DNA from: Lama guanicoe
Lineage: Eukaryota
DNA length: 64,000 bases
Assembly: GCA_013239625.1 (NCBI GenBank)
Contig: MU053934.1
Span: forward strand, 2,374,399-2,438,398
Direction of reading: 5' to 3'
Within the stretch, counting starts at the first letter, position 1. The number at the start of each line of letters is the position of its first letter. Under the pieces are notes generated by a model. That model was not told the DNA's origin and did no database searches. It saw nothing but the letters and a program-made list of their open reading frames with translations. Positions 27,101 to 41,910 of this stretch are shown here, one piece after another. A program made the position numbers and the translations under genes.

Positions 27101-30100
27101 TTCACTGGAAACCTGGCCGAGGCTTACGTTACCGCCCGCCGAGAATCACTCCTTTCCCCGGGCCACAGGCTGGTCCCCAAGAGGCCAAGGCTGAAGCTGC
27201 AGGTGAGAGAAGGAGCAGCCCCTGCCTTAGGGAGCAGCCAGGTAGGGCCACACCAGCCGGCCCTGGGCAGAGCTTCCCCTCCCCCACACTCAGACATGCA
27301 CACACACACACCCCAGAGGGTGGGGGACTGGCACAGAATATGACACATCAAGCTGACCTGGATGTGGGCACTGGCCAAGGGACTCTGGGAATGGAATTTA
27401 ACCATTCTGCACCCTTCCTCCATCGGTACAAGGAGAATCTCAAAGTCCACGTCACAGGAGCGCCCCGACACTTAGCTCTGGGTGCTTCTCCCACAAGACC
27501 TCACCCATGCACACGGCAACCCGGAGGTAGGTTTTGCTGTCTCCTGATTTGCAGGTGAGGAAACTGAAGCCCGGGATGTTTGGGGGACTCACTCCAGGGC
27601 ACAAGTAGTAGCTGTCGGTGTCTGTGCCCTAGGGGTCTGCACCTACCCACCGGGCCCTGAGCACACAAGGAGGCAGCAAAGGCACAGAGCAGCCAACGAG
27701 GCTGGTGAGACCTGATGAACAGCAGTTAGCAATCCATCGATCGATCAGGAAGGGAAATGAGCCTGGGGTGACCTGCGATCTTCCCTGCCACCTAGAACCA
27801 AAGCAGACGTGGACCTCCTGGCTGCCACCAACCCCCTCAAGTCAGACAAGTTTCCTCTGCAAACCCCTTTAACCTGCTTTCTCTAAGACACGAGTGTTGG
27901 GGCGGGGAGTGTTTACCCCCCCCATGCCTCCCACCTGTCCCCTGCAGATCCCACCCAGGAGTCTCTAGTTCAGACTTCACCTCGACCAGTGTGGAATGTC
28001 CCAGGTCCAGGAGCACAAAAGGCCACCAGCTGAAGCCCCGGAAGGGCCTAGAATCCCGCCCCAGCCCCTGATCTTTGCTCAGGTCCCCAATGGAGAATCA
28101 CATTCTTCAGATTCCTGCCTAAAAGCCAGAAGGGGTGGGGGAGAACTCCGCTATTTCAACCTAAGGATAATTAAAGCCTGAGACTTGTTTTAAAGGGGAA
28201 GAGAGCTATCCTTTTGCAGCCTCTAAAACAATGGTCCACGAAGGTCTGCACGGGAGCTTGCAACCTGGAATAGCCCTCGGCACAGGGTCCCCAAGGTGTC
28301 CTCACTTTAAGGACACCAGGGCTCTGGGACACAGGTTAGTAAGTGGCCGGGAGGGACGCTCGCTGCCAGATCTTCAGTCCACTGTCTATTCCTTCCTCCA
28401 GGACACAAGGTTTCAAGTGCCAGCCAGAAAGTGGGCAGAACTAAGTCCAGGTAGGTCTGGAGGGAGGAGGAAAGACAAGTTGGGGGGACGGGGCCTTGTG
28501 AATTCCACAGTGCTTGGTGGCGCCAAGTAATTAATCCTGTAATGAGGCATTTTTCATGAGCACTTGGCGAGACACAGCCACCTCCTCCTCACCCTGGCAA
28601 GCACAGGTCACAGTTGGTGGGTGGCAGGCCCGGCTCTGGGCAGAAGGCAGGCTGGGAACAGCGGGCTGGGGGGCCAGGAGGAGGGGGTGGCGGCACTGGA
28701 AGGCTGAGAGGGAGCAGCTAAGGTTCCCCGCAGGAGCCAGGCTGAGCCGAGCCCTCACACCTGGCCGACCACCCGCACCTGCTGCCCACTGATGTGTGAT
28801 GATGGAGCAGGGAGGGTGTAGTCTACAGCTGGCCCTGGAAAGGCGCCAGGACAATCACTGCATTAAGGTTGTGTACAAAAATATGAAAGTCTACCAGCCC
28901 CTGCTTCGGAAATATTATCCATACAGCAGGTTAAATGGGATGAGAAGGCAGGAGAGGCCACGGAAGCAAACATGGAAAACTGGCCCGAAAATCAGAGGAG
29001 CGGGGAGAGGATCTGAGATCTCTCACTTGCCTCCTGGGGCTAGGCACTTGGGTTCTCTGAGCCTCAATCTTCCCAGCTCTAAAACGGGCTCATTAATACC
29101 CCGTAGTGGGATTGGGAGACTTTGACTGCAATAACCTGAGTGTGACTTCAAGCTTTATAGTGATAGAAAAAATAGATTAAGATAGGCTTGTTAAAAATAG
29201 ATGAAAGGAGATTTTTATAATAGATAGCCTGGCACTGTGCTGGCCAAGTTGTATAGAAATAAAACAAAGAAATAATAAAGCTAAACTTTACTGAGCACCA
29301 AAATGCTCATGGTAGTTATCTTCCTCACTCTACAGACAAGGATGCATGACTCCCCCAAGGTCAAACAACTGGCAAAGGGGAGAATGGGGATAAGGACAGA
29401 GGGTCCGGCTGCAGGGCCCCCTGCCTATTTACGTAAGTAGTAGACATAACCACATCATGGTGGTGAAGCCTCAGACCACCCAGAAATGAAGCCATCCACC
29501 CAAGGTCACACAGAGCTAAGTGACAGTGCTGCTGACAACCACATTCCAGTATGAACACGTTACCTGTTCCTCAAGCATGTATTAAGCCTCTAACAGGGGC
29601 AGAGACACCAGCAAGTAGGGTAGAGAAGGGCTAAGACAGAGCCCAGTGCGGGGCAGGGGACGCTGACAGACATTCTCCCCAGCAGCCACTGAACACTGCG
29701 GCCAGCAACTGGGATTTTAACTTTATAATCCTGCACCAGTTTTCCACAAGTGCTTTCCCCTGCTCGTGTAAAAACAGTTTATGGCTCACGAGAGAGGAGA
29801 AGCCATCCCCAAGAGCACTTTGTCCACAAGAATGGGCGGGGACGCCATCACCCGAGTCGGGGAGGCAGAGCAACCTGGGATCTGGGAGCAGCCGGGCGGC
29901 CCACCCCGGGGTGGGGCAGGAGAGGGTGTGGGGCTGACATTTACCGGGGGCCCTCCACAAACGTGACGCTGCTCTGAGTGCCTTCCACAGCTGCTGCCCA
30001 AAGGGTACTAAGAGATGGGTTTTCGTAACCAGATTTTACAGATGAGCAAGCTGGGGCTCCAAGCAATTAAACAAGCAACTGGTGAAGCAGAGAGAAGTCC

Positions 30101-30173
30101 TAGAGGGACCAGCAGTATCCCTGGATGAGACCAGACCTCCACTGACCCCGCCCCCGGCTCCCGTCTCCCCTCT

Positions 30174-30520
30174 TACGGACTGAACTGTGCCCCATCAAAT
30201 CCACATGTCGCTGCCTTAACACCCAGGACCTCAAAATGTGATAGTATTTGGAGACAGGGTCTTTAACGAGGTATTTAGGTTGAAATGAGACCATCAGGGT
30301 GGGCCCTAGTCCCATCTGACTGGGGTCCTCATAACAGGAGGAAGTTTGGACCCAGGGACACAGCAGGGATGGGTGCAGAGAGGGAAGACTGCGTGACGAG
30401 GCAGCAAGAGGGCGGCCGTCTGCAAGCCTGGGAGAGACCTCAGAGGAAACCATTCCAGCAGGCACTTTGATCTTGGGCTTCCGGCCTCCAGAACTGTGAG
30501 AAATAAATGTTATTTAAGCA
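30174..30520 (+). mobile_element. MLT1 (MaLR) solo LTR
   Basis: TGTGATAGTATTTGGAGACAGGGTCTTT...AGGGTGGGCCCTAGTCC...GCCTCCAGAACTGTGAGAAATAAA are typical MLT1A/B motifs. Confidence 0.8.
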
Positions 30521-33500
30521 GACCTGAGTCTGAGTCTTTGCACGTGCCTTCTTCACCTGACCATCATTCTCTGTGGCACAAATGCCATCCTGACCTGCCA
30601 CGGTGAGCTGGTTTGTCTGACCGACGTCTGGTTCTTCCGACTTAGAAAGACAACCACAGACTTTGGCTGCTTGTGTTCAATCCTGTATCACCAGCATCTA
30701 AACAGTCTCCAGCGCACAGCCCGCATGCGATACATATTTAATGAACAAATAAACTGAGTGAAAATGGGATTTAAACCCAGCTGCTGCTTCTAGAGTCGCC
30801 CACTCCCTGGCCCACGCCCTGCTGCCTCCTTCTGCTTCATCTAATTCTCTATTCCTGTATCCACCTCTCCTGATCCAATATGAAGGCTGGCAAATAATTT
30901 AAAATAGCATAAATGCAAAGATAAGCTCCAGCCTGTAATCACCACCGAACAGTAGGGTACACAAGGTGACAGAAGATTTAAAAAGATACACAAGGGGCCT
31001 CACCTCAACCACCAGGGAACATTATAATCTAAGTGCTGGAAGCCTCAGCAAATGCTTTATTCTTATTACTAATTTTAAGTCAGTACACAAAAAGTAAGGC
31101 TAGGTTAAGGTTTAGGGTTTGGTTTTGGTTTTTTTAGTGTGTAGTTGGGTGGGGAGGGCATACATTGAGGACCATGACAGAGCTCTCCTACCCAAACCTC
31201 AAAACCCATGGACCTTGTACTGATCCAAATCCACACTGTAGCCTGGAGAGGGGACCTGACGAGGTCAGCAAAACCTGAAACAGACAGGAGCGTGGAGGTG
31301 TCCAGTGACCACGCCCGGGGCCTGCCCTGCCCCTCTCATTCCCTCTCACTCCCTCGATGGGGTGCAGTGGGGTGGGGTGGGGTGGGGAGCTTCTATCCTG
31401 CTCTCTGGGAAGATAGCAGAATTCAAGTGAGTCTCCCTTGAGCCAGGAGCTGGGGCTCAGGGGACAGGGACAGTGTGGGGCTGGAAAGAGGAAAGAAACC
31501 ACAGCAAGGAAGCCATTTATCTGGAAGGAAAGAAAACACCAGCACGAAGACTCTGCATCCCAGTTTCTAGGCCTCTGACCACACACCTCCTCCCCTTGCT
31601 GCGGTAACTCCTTTTCTGTTGTAAACATCTATCTGCTCAAAAGCAGCCACTAGGATTCTGAAACTTCCTCTTTACAACAAAACTACACTGTTGCAACTTG
31701 TTGCTACAATTGGTTCCTTCCCCAGAGGCAGGAGCCACCGCAGAGCCCGAGTGGCCTGCCTGGGTTGGGACAGTGCGTATGCCTCCCCAGCCCACCCTCA
31801 GCCGCCTCCCACCCATGGTCGCCAATGGGCCTCCCTTGTGGGGACCAGGGGCTAGTTCTGCAGCCTCCCCATTGACAAGGTCCCTTGGAGCCTCTGTCCT
31901 TCATGTCCCCACAGCGTGTGTTTTCCGGTCCAGGCCAGCACGAACCGCTCGGGAAGGGGGTGCATTGAAGATTTCCCTCCAGTGAGCCCAAAAAGATCTC
32001 CCAGGTCCACGTTCCTATGCTGTCTCATCACTAATGACAAAGTGGTTTTACCTGTTTTTCATCAACTCAAACCAGCCGTCTGAGCTGCCACTTTCTCCCG
32101 GGCTCGCCTCCATCACGACCCACAACAAAGTGAAGTGATTCTCCCCTGGGTGTAGACTGTGAGCCCCTGGAGGGCAGGGCTTGGGACATCTCACTCATCT
32201 ACATCCTAACCAGCCCGCAGTTTCTGGAACAGATGCTCAGGATATAGTTGCTGAATGGATGAATTTCTAAAAGACTCAATAAAACCCATGGAACTTTCTG
32301 GCAAAGCCAATAATGGTTCTTTCCCACTGCGGGCCATAACATAGCCATTAAAATAATAATTGCGGAGGCTGTTGCAACACAGAGCGCTTTATGTTACAGC
32401 ACTAAGTCAGAACACACGATAGTATCTAATATTTAATTTTAGTGTTTAATTTTGTAAAACATGCATGTATGTGGACAGGAAACCCAGAAAGATGCACAGA
32501 GTGGATGGGGTGAGGGGTAAATTTGCTTCTTGCCAGCTTTGTTATTGTATTGTTTGTGCTATAAAGAAACCCTCCTCCCTTCCTTTTAGTTTAAAAAGGG
32601 AACCAATTCCAGTAATGACTGTCTCTCTCAACACTCCATGAAACATCTCATCGCAAATCTTTCAGCTGGGAACAGTGTGCTGACCCCACAGCCAGAGGGC
32701 ACAGGCAGAATTCCCAGAGCCACCGAGAGGTTAAGGACCAGGGACTGGAATCCTGCACCCCCACATTTCCCAGGAAATGGCAGAGGGAAATGGGCCTCAG
32801 TGGGCCATCGGGGCTACGTAAGGGGCTTCGAGATGCGGCTGGGGCCTGAAGCCACTAAGGAGGAGAGGAAATCTTTTACTGGCCCAGAGTGACTCAGAGG
32901 GCCTCAGCGACCTGAATCACCCTTGAACAACGTTCCCCTAAAGTCTGAGAAACTGAACAAAGTCCTAGCGCTGTTCCCTGGACGTGCTGTGCCCTGTCCC
33001 TACCTTGCCATCAGCTCAGATGCCGCCTTCTCCAGGTAGCCTTCTCAGACCTGCCTGGGCCCCCAGCACTCTGGTGAGACACCAATAGCTCCTGGAAACA
33101 AGGGCTCCACGATTCCTTCCCCTCCTTATCCCCAGCACCCAGCCCATACAGTAAGCTCTGAGGAGTGGTGAGTGGATGATGACAGATGGACGGATGAAGC
33201 AGGAAGGAACGCAAGTTTGCAAGTCGGCTGACGTCAAGAAAAGCCCGCTACTGAGATAGTGGCGGGCCCTCTGGCTGGCTGGCTGGCTGGCTCCCAGTAA
33301 AGACCAGCCAGGCCCAGATCAACAGCAGGCACAGCAACTGGGATTTATGCTGCCCTCCCTTAGGACACACCACCAACAGTTGAGGTTAAAGGTGAAGTCA
33401 GTAGCCAAGGCAACACCATGAACTGGCAACCTCGCTCTGAGCAGCCAACTGCACAGGGAGCCCCATTCTGCTCTCTTCAGGAATTCTTGGCCACTGGCGA

Positions 33501-33594
33501 GAAAGGCAGCCTCGGGGACCAGTCCAGCCCCTCACTGTTAAGTGAGGCAAGGGCAAACCCAGGAGTGAAGGGCATCTGCAAGGTCACCCAGGGG

Positions 33595-33775
33595 TCTGGA
33601 GTCAGAGCGCCAGAGTCAGAATCCCTGCTCAGTCTCCTCATCTGTAAAATGGGGATAACTTCCTACTTCCTCGGAATGAGGGACAATTTAAGGGAGAGAA
33701 TTCATGTGAAAGCACTAGCACAGTGCTTGGTACATAGCACGTGCTCAGGAAAACTTTATTCTTCCTATTATTGCT
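33595..33775 (+). mobile_element. MIR SINE (representative of many in the window)
   Basis: Core CTCAGTCTCCTCATCTGTAAAATGGGGATAA...GTGAAAGCACTAGCACAGTGCTTGGTACATAG. Confidence 0.75.
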
Positions 33776-36700
33776 ATTACTATTCCTGGCAGAGCTGGGA
33801 CGTCAACCCAGATCTCCTGATTCCCAGGCCAGTGCCCTTCCACCAGAGTCTCTTCCTTCCTTCCCTGCCCACCTTCCCCATCTTCCCTCCTCCTCCAGGT
33901 GATTCTAACCTCCAGGAAGCCAGATGAAGACGCCCAGAAATCTCCACTCACTCAGGGTGGCACGAGCTGCCCCATGTCCCAGTGTCCCAACTCCCTAATA
34001 GAGGGTAAAGCTCCTCAGGCCAGGGACGGGGTCTCTGCCCTCATCCCCGCTGAAGCCCCAGCAGGCCCAGCACAGGGCAGGCCACACAGCAGGAGCCCAA
34101 GGAGTCTCTGATGATTGCCTTGGCCAAGAAATCTGGGATCAATACCCTCATACCCAATAGTTGGCTCTTAAATATTAACAGACTAAAACTTTAAAATAGC
34201 TCCCAGCCACCAACTTTCTTACCCCAGAGATTTCCAAACAAGTACTTAGCATCCATGTTTTGCACAATGGAGAGATCACTAAATGGCATTCTAAAACTTT
34301 GGCTGCCTGGGCCTCCACGTCCCCAGGCTAACAGGCACAGGCACCAGTGAGACCTGAACTCCACTCATGCAACAAGGACGAGGGGTCAAGTCCATGCCCG
34401 GTGCCAGGGACAACCTGGGGATGGAGGGATGAAAAACCTCCCTCTGAACCCAGTCCAGAGGGTTCTAAAATCTTCTCCCCTATTTCAGCCCAGTTAGATT
34501 ATGTCACCCAAACGGTTCCAAATGCCTCATCTTTATGTTTATCAGACAGGAAGCTGCCTTCCCCAGCCCAGTGACTTAATGCAAAACACAGGAAACGCAG
34601 TGGCTTTTGAACACAGACAACTCGAAATAGGGGTACCTCCGCAGCTTTGCAACAGCTTTTTTTAAATGCTTAAACCGGCTCAGATCGGCGACACAAGTTG
34701 AACTGTATGGTCTGGTAAGAAGAATGCAAAGGCTGCAAGCCTGGAAGACCTCAGCCTCCAAGCCCGGGGAAATCTTCTCGCAGGTTCCTCTGTCAATTTC
34801 CTACCCCCTGTTATCAGGGTGTCTGTCCCCTTGCTGGAGAAACTTAACATCTTTAAAACCTGAACATGTATCTCCTGCCACCCGAGGACAGATGATGGAG
34901 GTGATGACCTGAAAGAGGGAGGAAGTGGAAGGGGAGGAGCACAAGACTTGGACCACTTGGCATAGATTTATACCCACGTGGCAGATGAGGAAACTGAGGC
35001 TCCAGCTGAACAGTCAGCAGGAGAAAAGGCGAGGGTCTGGCCCCCTGACCTGATCCCAAAGCTCCCATTTTATTCTCTCTATGTGGGTTTTGTATTGAAA
35101 ACACAACCAATCACCCAACGTTGAGTGATTTAAAATTACTAGAAATCAGGCTGGGCTGAAGGATGGTGAAAAGCTGGTGTGGCTCTCGGAATGGCCCACC
35201 GCACCGCCTGGCACTGCCCCATGTGAAATATTGATTTTGAGCTGCAAGAAAGTCCAACCAAAGTGGAACTGGCCAACTGGAAACAGTTCAGAGAAACCCC
35301 AAACACTTCCCACCTCGTTTCTTAACCCTTGGGCCCCTCCCCACCCCAAGAAAAGAAAAAGATTAAGGGTGTGGAAGAACAGACTCTTGAGGGAAGATTA
35401 AAGGAGCTAAGTATGTGTTGCTTGGCTAAACAGCGCATAAAGGCGAAGAAAGGCATGCTAACGGCTCACAACACTTTTAAATGAGGCGACAAGATTCTGA
35501 GAGAAAGGCACTGGGGTGGAGTGAAACCAGGAGCCAAAGCCTTCTTCTACCAACTCACTCCTCTAGTGGGGGGTGGGGACGAGGGGAGGGGGCAAGTTAA
35601 AAACTGAATTATCCCTAAGATCCCTTCCAGCTCAGATATTCTATAAGTAAATTCAGTAGGGAGGATTGTACTGTCACTGTTGCTATTTCTTTTAAGCATC
35701 ATTTAGAATTAAATCATCATCATTTACAGTTAAAATGGAAGGAAAAGAAAACCTAAGACGGAAGTACCCAAAGTCATGTCCACGGAGGTGAGAGAGGGAG
35801 CTCGCCTCCCCAAGAGGCTCCCTGCTCCTCTGGGCAGGGAGGTAAGGACCATTAGGGCCAAGGACCTCTGAGAGGGACTTGCAGGAAGGGGGTGTGGGGC
35901 GGAGATCAGCCACACCTTCAACTTCCCTACCGGCTGCAGCCCAACCTGCCCAGGCAGGAAGCCACACCCTTTGGTGGCAACTTCCAGAAGGCTCTGCAAG
36001 GTTCCCTCCAGCCACAGTGGCGGGCTTGGCTTCTGGGCGGGGAGGTCCACTGGGCTCGAGAGAAGACAGATGCTGAGGTCCACTGTGAGAACTGGAGGGT
36101 CAGCCCTGAGCCAAAGGTCGGCCAGGAGCATTCTCTGGGCCAGGGTGTGCTGGGTCCCCTCAGCTGCTGAATTACCTCAGGCTGGAGAAACCAGCTGGCA
36201 GAATGGGGGCCTGAGAAATTCCCACAGCAGCTTGCCTGCCTCAGTTACTTTTTAAAGAGACATGCATCAGAGGCACGGGGGCAGCTCCCCTCCCACATTC
36301 CAAATATTTGGTGCCATCAGAGCACAAGGGGCAGGTGGGGGCAGAGGGGACAGATACAGGCTGGCATCCAGCCTTCAAACCACCCGCCCATGTGGTGGCA
36401 GGCCCATTTTAGACCCAGGCTCATTTTATGTACTCATGCGTGACTCAGGCCATCTTTCCAGGAGGACCAGTGGCTGCTTGGCAGGGACACAGGCCTGCCT
36501 GCCTGCGACCCCAAAGGGGGCCTTCCACCTACCGGGTTACAGAGAAGAGCCAACTCGGAGGTGAGCAGAGCCTGCATCTTCTCCAGCACCCACATCGTGC
36601 CTGGGAAAGGGGGTCAGGAGCTTCCAATTCAAAACACAACAGTGATCACGTTTTCTCAAGAATTTGGGCTTTTCCAATGTTATTAGTACATAAAAACCAC

Positions 36701-37245
36701 AGGCCAGATGTCAGAGGGACAACCAGAGATGGAATGCGTTGCAATGACCCCAAGTTTAAAAAGGAAGAGGACCCAAGAGAATAAAGGTCTGGTTTAGCCT
36801 TCCGGTCACGGTGGGCTCCCCAGGAAAGGACAGCGTGCAATCTGGAGCCAGGGGAACTGTGGGAAAGCTGGCAAGGGGGCTTCCCAAAACACTTTCCAGA
36901 CACGTACTGTGGGCTTCTTTTTCTCGTACAGCAGAGAAAAAGCAATCATCTACCATTTTCCAGAATACAAAGTGGATCCGAGTAGACATTTGTTTAAAAG
37001 GGTTACTCTGGTGATAATATGACATCATGGAGAAGAAAACAGAGCCGAAAATGTTCCAACCACAAGAGCAACTTGGTCCATTTCTAAGACCCTTCCTCCT
37101 TCCCTGCACACAGTCAGCATTCAATGTGAAATCTGGAATTGCAAGTAATACATTTAAAAGTGGAGACCTCTGGAATTGGCCAGCCAGTGATTTATTTTCA
37201 TAAATGATAAAACTAAGACATTTAACTTTTTTTTTCCTTTTAATG

Positions 37246-37332
37246 TTTTTTTTAAATTGAAGTATAGTCAGTTTACAATGTGTCAATTTCTGGTGTACAG
37301 AATAATGTTTCAGTCATACATATACATACATG
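37246..37332 (-). mobile_element. Short L1 3'-end fragment
   Basis: TTTTTTAAATTGAAGTATAGTCAGTTTACAATGTGTCAATTTCTGGTGTACAG is the reverse-complement homolog of the fragment at 45068-45195. Confidence 0.75.
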
Positions 37333-40300
37333 TTAAATTTTTGACAATTTGAGGGCAACGCATGTAAAAAGGCATTTAGTGAGAAAGTAATGCTTACCTC
37401 AGATTCCTGCTTCCTGGGCCCTTTCTAGAGGCGGCCACTATCACCGTGGTTTCTTTGCACCCACAGCATGGAGGTGACGCCACACTTCGCAAGAAAGGGA
37501 GCACCATATACACTGCTCGGCATCTAGCTGTTTCCACTTACAATAGATCTTGGAGAGCAGACCCTTTTGGTGCCTATAGGTCAGGCTCAGTTTTACAAGA
37601 GCTGCAAGGATTCCCACCATACAGCTGTGCCATGATTTATTTGACCCTCTTAATAGACAGCTTGCTTCCAGTCTTTTTCTATGACGATGCTGCAAAGAAT
37701 ATCTTCGGACATTTCCTTATGCACGTTTGCGTTTATCTGCCAGGTTGAGTTCCTAGAAATCAGTCAGAAGGACTGTGCTTTGACAGCTACTGCCAAACTA
37801 CCTTTCAAGAGGAGGGTTGGTACAACTTAAAGACTCCCATCCATCCATAGGGCATGAGAGTGCCTGAGAAACTGGGGCATCTCAGAGAAGTTAAAATTAC
37901 TGCAGTTTTTGTGGGAGGGAAAACTGTTTTTCTGCTTTATCAGTTTATTCAGATCACAGATATCACAAGATTATCAAGCGCTGCGTTTTTAATAAAAGGT
38001 GAATCTGCTAATACTACTGAAGAATTAATAAGTAAAATTACAGCATTTTTCAGTTTCCCGAGCACTCTCGCATACAACTGGTAGGCACATAAACTGGTGT
38101 GATGATGTCTCTGTAGGGCGGGCGATACGGCACTTTCTACCAAAATCCAATGTTCCCCCAACCAGATCTGAAAGCCAGGTCTCCAGACACTAAAAACAGC
38201 GCTCTTTCCATGTAACCCTTTGACTCTCTCCTGGATCAAGGAAACCACATTTCAGAACTAAAACTGCAGTTAGTTTGTGCTAACAAACTTTTGTGCCCGG
38301 GCCAGGGCCCTGAGACAAGGCTAGTGAGCATGAGCTTATCGCCAAGAGCATCCAAAGGCATCAGCAAATGCAGCCTGGAACCACCTGTGTGTTTATCACA
38401 CAGTCCACGAGCCCTGCACACACACAAGCACACCTTTTTTTAGAAGTAGAAAGAGCACCAGCTAAGAGCCAGGAAAACCCCTCCTCCCATTTCCTCACTT
38501 GACAATCCAGGGAGTTAAGACTGATCACTTATATATTTTCCTTAAAACTTACACAGTCACTATATATGAGACCCTTTATAAGCCTTATTTCTTCTAGTTC
38601 GCACATCTAGCCCTGCAGGGTAGATATCATGATCCCCATATTACAGATGAGGACACTGAGGCTCAGGTCCTCATGTGACTTGCCTGTAGTCGGTGTGCAA
38701 GTGGCAGGGTCAGGATTTGAACTCTGCCAAGTGCCAAAGCTAAGGATCCCACTCTTCCCAGCTCTCCAGAAGAATGGGATTCTGTAAGTCACAGGAACAC
38801 CACTTTCCAGGGGGCACCTGGGCTCCATTCCACTGTTACCAGAGGGCTTAAGCCCAGGGGCTCAGCACACCAAGGGTTAAGGCCAAGAGGCAGCGACTCT
38901 CTGGGGCTCCACAAAGGGAAAATGCACTTCCTGCCCCTGCGGGCAGAGATGCTGTTTTATGCTCAGCAAATTAGGACGTTTGTTTAATTAAGACGACACA
39001 CAGATTTTGTTATTCTAAATATTTTTGGAACATGATGCTTGGGAGGAAGCTGTCAAGGCAAGGATTTTTTTTTCCCCTTTGCTTTGGATTTTTCTTTCTC
39101 CCCCTCCAAGAGAAGGGTAGGGCCAGGCTTGGAGGAAAACAACAGTCAACCCCTCCTCTCCTTTTGAAATAAAGATGTCAAGCTGGTAAGGGCTGTCTTA
39201 AGTACTTTATGGAAGGATTAGCTAGAAGAGGAAGTGAAGAAAGCACAGCCAGCCTGGTTTCTAGCAATATCCTCCAACAGCCCACACAACAATGCAGCAT
39301 TTTTTGAGTGTGCTTTTCTCCTTTTAAAAAGCTAACAGATCCTGGTTTTGTTTTTTCTGGAGCAAGACCGGGCAAAAGGCAGGCTGTTATTAACATGCAT
39401 CCTTCATTCTGCAGGAGGGAAGTTGTCCCATCTCCAACCCCTTAGGTTAAAAAGTTTAAAAATAAAAAACAGAAAGCGAGGGCCCTGACCCTCTCTTTCC
39501 TCATCCCTCACGTGCCCCACAGAACACACCTCTCCGGCTGCCCTTCTGCAAACTGCCTGCTGATCTGAGCACCTGGATCTCCCCATGGGCACTGCTGGGA
39601 CTTGCTGAATGTGAAAAGTTGAGCTTTTTGGTGTCACCCTGCAGCCATCTGGGGGGCACAGCAGCTCTCAAATTACTCTGAGCAATCTCTTGACATCTTT
39701 AATTACCCTTCAATTATCCACTAAATGAGTCCTCACTTTCCAACCCCGAATGCTGGCCTCAGTTTGCCAAACCTGCAATATCCTCCCTCCTGGAGGCAGC
39801 CTCCACAGACAGAAGTGGTCCCTCTCAGAGTCCTTTGTCTCTCACATGCTTGGGACACTCATCACAGGCTGCCTTTGTATTTCAGTCCTTTGGCCACTAT
39901 TTCCCCTGAGGACTGTAAACTCCTCGCTCTACCCTCTGGGTTCTCCACAGGATGGGCTGGCTCCCTTCTCCCAATACCCATGACTCACCGTACCTTTCTG
40001 GGGTCTCTGTCATCTTCATCTTACATTAGAGTCATCTACAGATTTGTCCCAGCCCTCCCCTGGATGCCCAAGGGCAGGAGCCAGGTCTTACTCAACCTCA
40101 CACCCCACCATCACCTGGCAGAGTCCTTGGCACAGTGAAGCCAGTTAAATATTTGCTCAATTACACATCTGCATACCCTCCCCCATCCCTGGCAGCCTTG
40201 TATATAAACTGACAAATATTCATCAAGTGATTGTCTAAATAGGCCTTAAAGCAGCCTCGCTCTTTACCAAAAAGGGAATAAACCACCCGGTGAGGTTACA

Positions 40301-41695
40301 GGCTCAGAAATGGCCACAGTGTTGCACGAAGGCGCTAAGGCTCTTCCCCTTCAACAGTTACTCAACAGTTACTTTGAAATCCTTTTAAACCCAGGAAAGG
40401 GTGCAGTGAACCGAGAAGTGGCTGAGCCTCTCAACTGCCCAGCGGAGAGAGCCTCCTGCCTCCAGGACCTGGGACTTCCCAGGAACCTTCCCCACTCTGG
40501 CTGGGTGGGGCTGCAGACGGCAGCCCTGGCGCTCACCCTGCCCCCATCTCAAGACAGCCCGCAAACCTGGTTCAGGAGGGTACTCGGCCTCAGTTTGAAA
40601 CAACGGAGCTGTCTAGAGGGATGGGAGGGGGTGCATTCCCGCCCTGGGCGTGGCTCCAGGACAACTTGGGGTGAGGACCTAGCGCCGGGAATTTGGCGCG
40701 GGGGGGGGAGGGTAAGTAGAAAACCCCTGATCTAGCCCAAACAGGAACGATGCAATAGCCCAAGCCGGGTCCTAAAGGAGCAGGCCCCAGCTCTCCTTGC
40801 CCTTGCCCGCCCTGTGGGGCCGCCCGCAGGTGCGGTGGAATCAGGTGCGCGCCGGGACCGCGGAGATGACTTCGGGCCTTCCCGAGCCTTTCTCTCCAGA
40901 AGAGAAGAAGTCAAAAGTCAAAGGGTGAGGGTCTGTAGGGGAGGAAGGGAGCCTTTCCTGCCTCGATCCCCGGTCCCTGCCGGGTCCTCCTTCTCCAAGC
41001 ACCCACCCGCACCTCTCCCCGTCCCCCTCCTCCGCCGGGCCGATTGCAGCCGGGCGAATGAGGAAGTCGGGAGCAGAGGGCGGAAACTGAGCGAGCGCAA
41101 TGTCTGCTGCCGGATTGTCCGATTCTGACTCAGGAGGACGTCCTGACAGCTGCCAAACGGTCCCTGGCTGCCCGTTACCTCCGTTTCGAAAACGCCCTGA
41201 AACTTCCAAAGGAGCCGCCACTCCGAGACCCCCACCTTACCCTCCCCGTTCATATGGGTCCAAGGGACAGAGACTCCCCCGGAAGGGGTTAAAAAGTTTG
41301 CCCAACTTGGGTACTGGGAGAGGCGAGGGCGGGGCGCGTGCCCCGGCAGCAGGGGGAGGTCGAGGCTCCCGGTGCTCGGCCCGCGGGGTGCGCCGGCGGG
41401 AGGTGGAGGGATGGAGGGTTTCCAGGGAGCGTCCGGCCCCGAAGCCTTCCTCTGCTCCCCGAAGCCTCGCTTTCAGCGGCGCCTTCCCCGAGCATCCGCG
41501 CAGGGGGCCTGGAGCCCCTCTGGGAAAGATGCATTGCCCCGGCCGGGCCTCGCCGCGTTCGCGCCCTCCCGCGCTGATCGCCGGCCGCGCGGAGGCCGAG
41601 AACCACACGTCGGCCCGCTCGCCCCAGACGCTGCGCGTCCCGTCGCCGCCGCCCCCGCCCGCCCGGGGCGGGACACGCCAGTGGAGCTCGCTCAC

Positions 41696-41910
41696 CTGAA
41701 CCTGGATCTGCCCCGGGGAACAGGCACTGCTTCTCCTGAGAGGGCTTTCTGGAGCGCTCAGGCGACGGCGGGGTGGGGCGAGCGCGCGAGGCGGGAGCTG
41801 CAGCAGGTCAGCCTCGCTCAGCCTTCGGTGCCCTGCCCAGGAACCGCGGTGATCTGCGCGCCTCACCGCACCCTGCTCGGCTCCTCGCCGCCTTCCCGCC
41901 CCGCCCTCTC
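41696..41910 (-). other. MYH9: MYH9 non-coding exon 1
   Basis: Ends ...GGGGCAGATCCAGGTTCAG|GTGAGC (donor at 41696/41695). It resembles the recalled human MYH9 5'UTR (GCAGATCACCGCGGTTCCTGGGCAGGGCAC) and contains no ATG. The 5' boundary is approximate. Confidence 0.85.
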
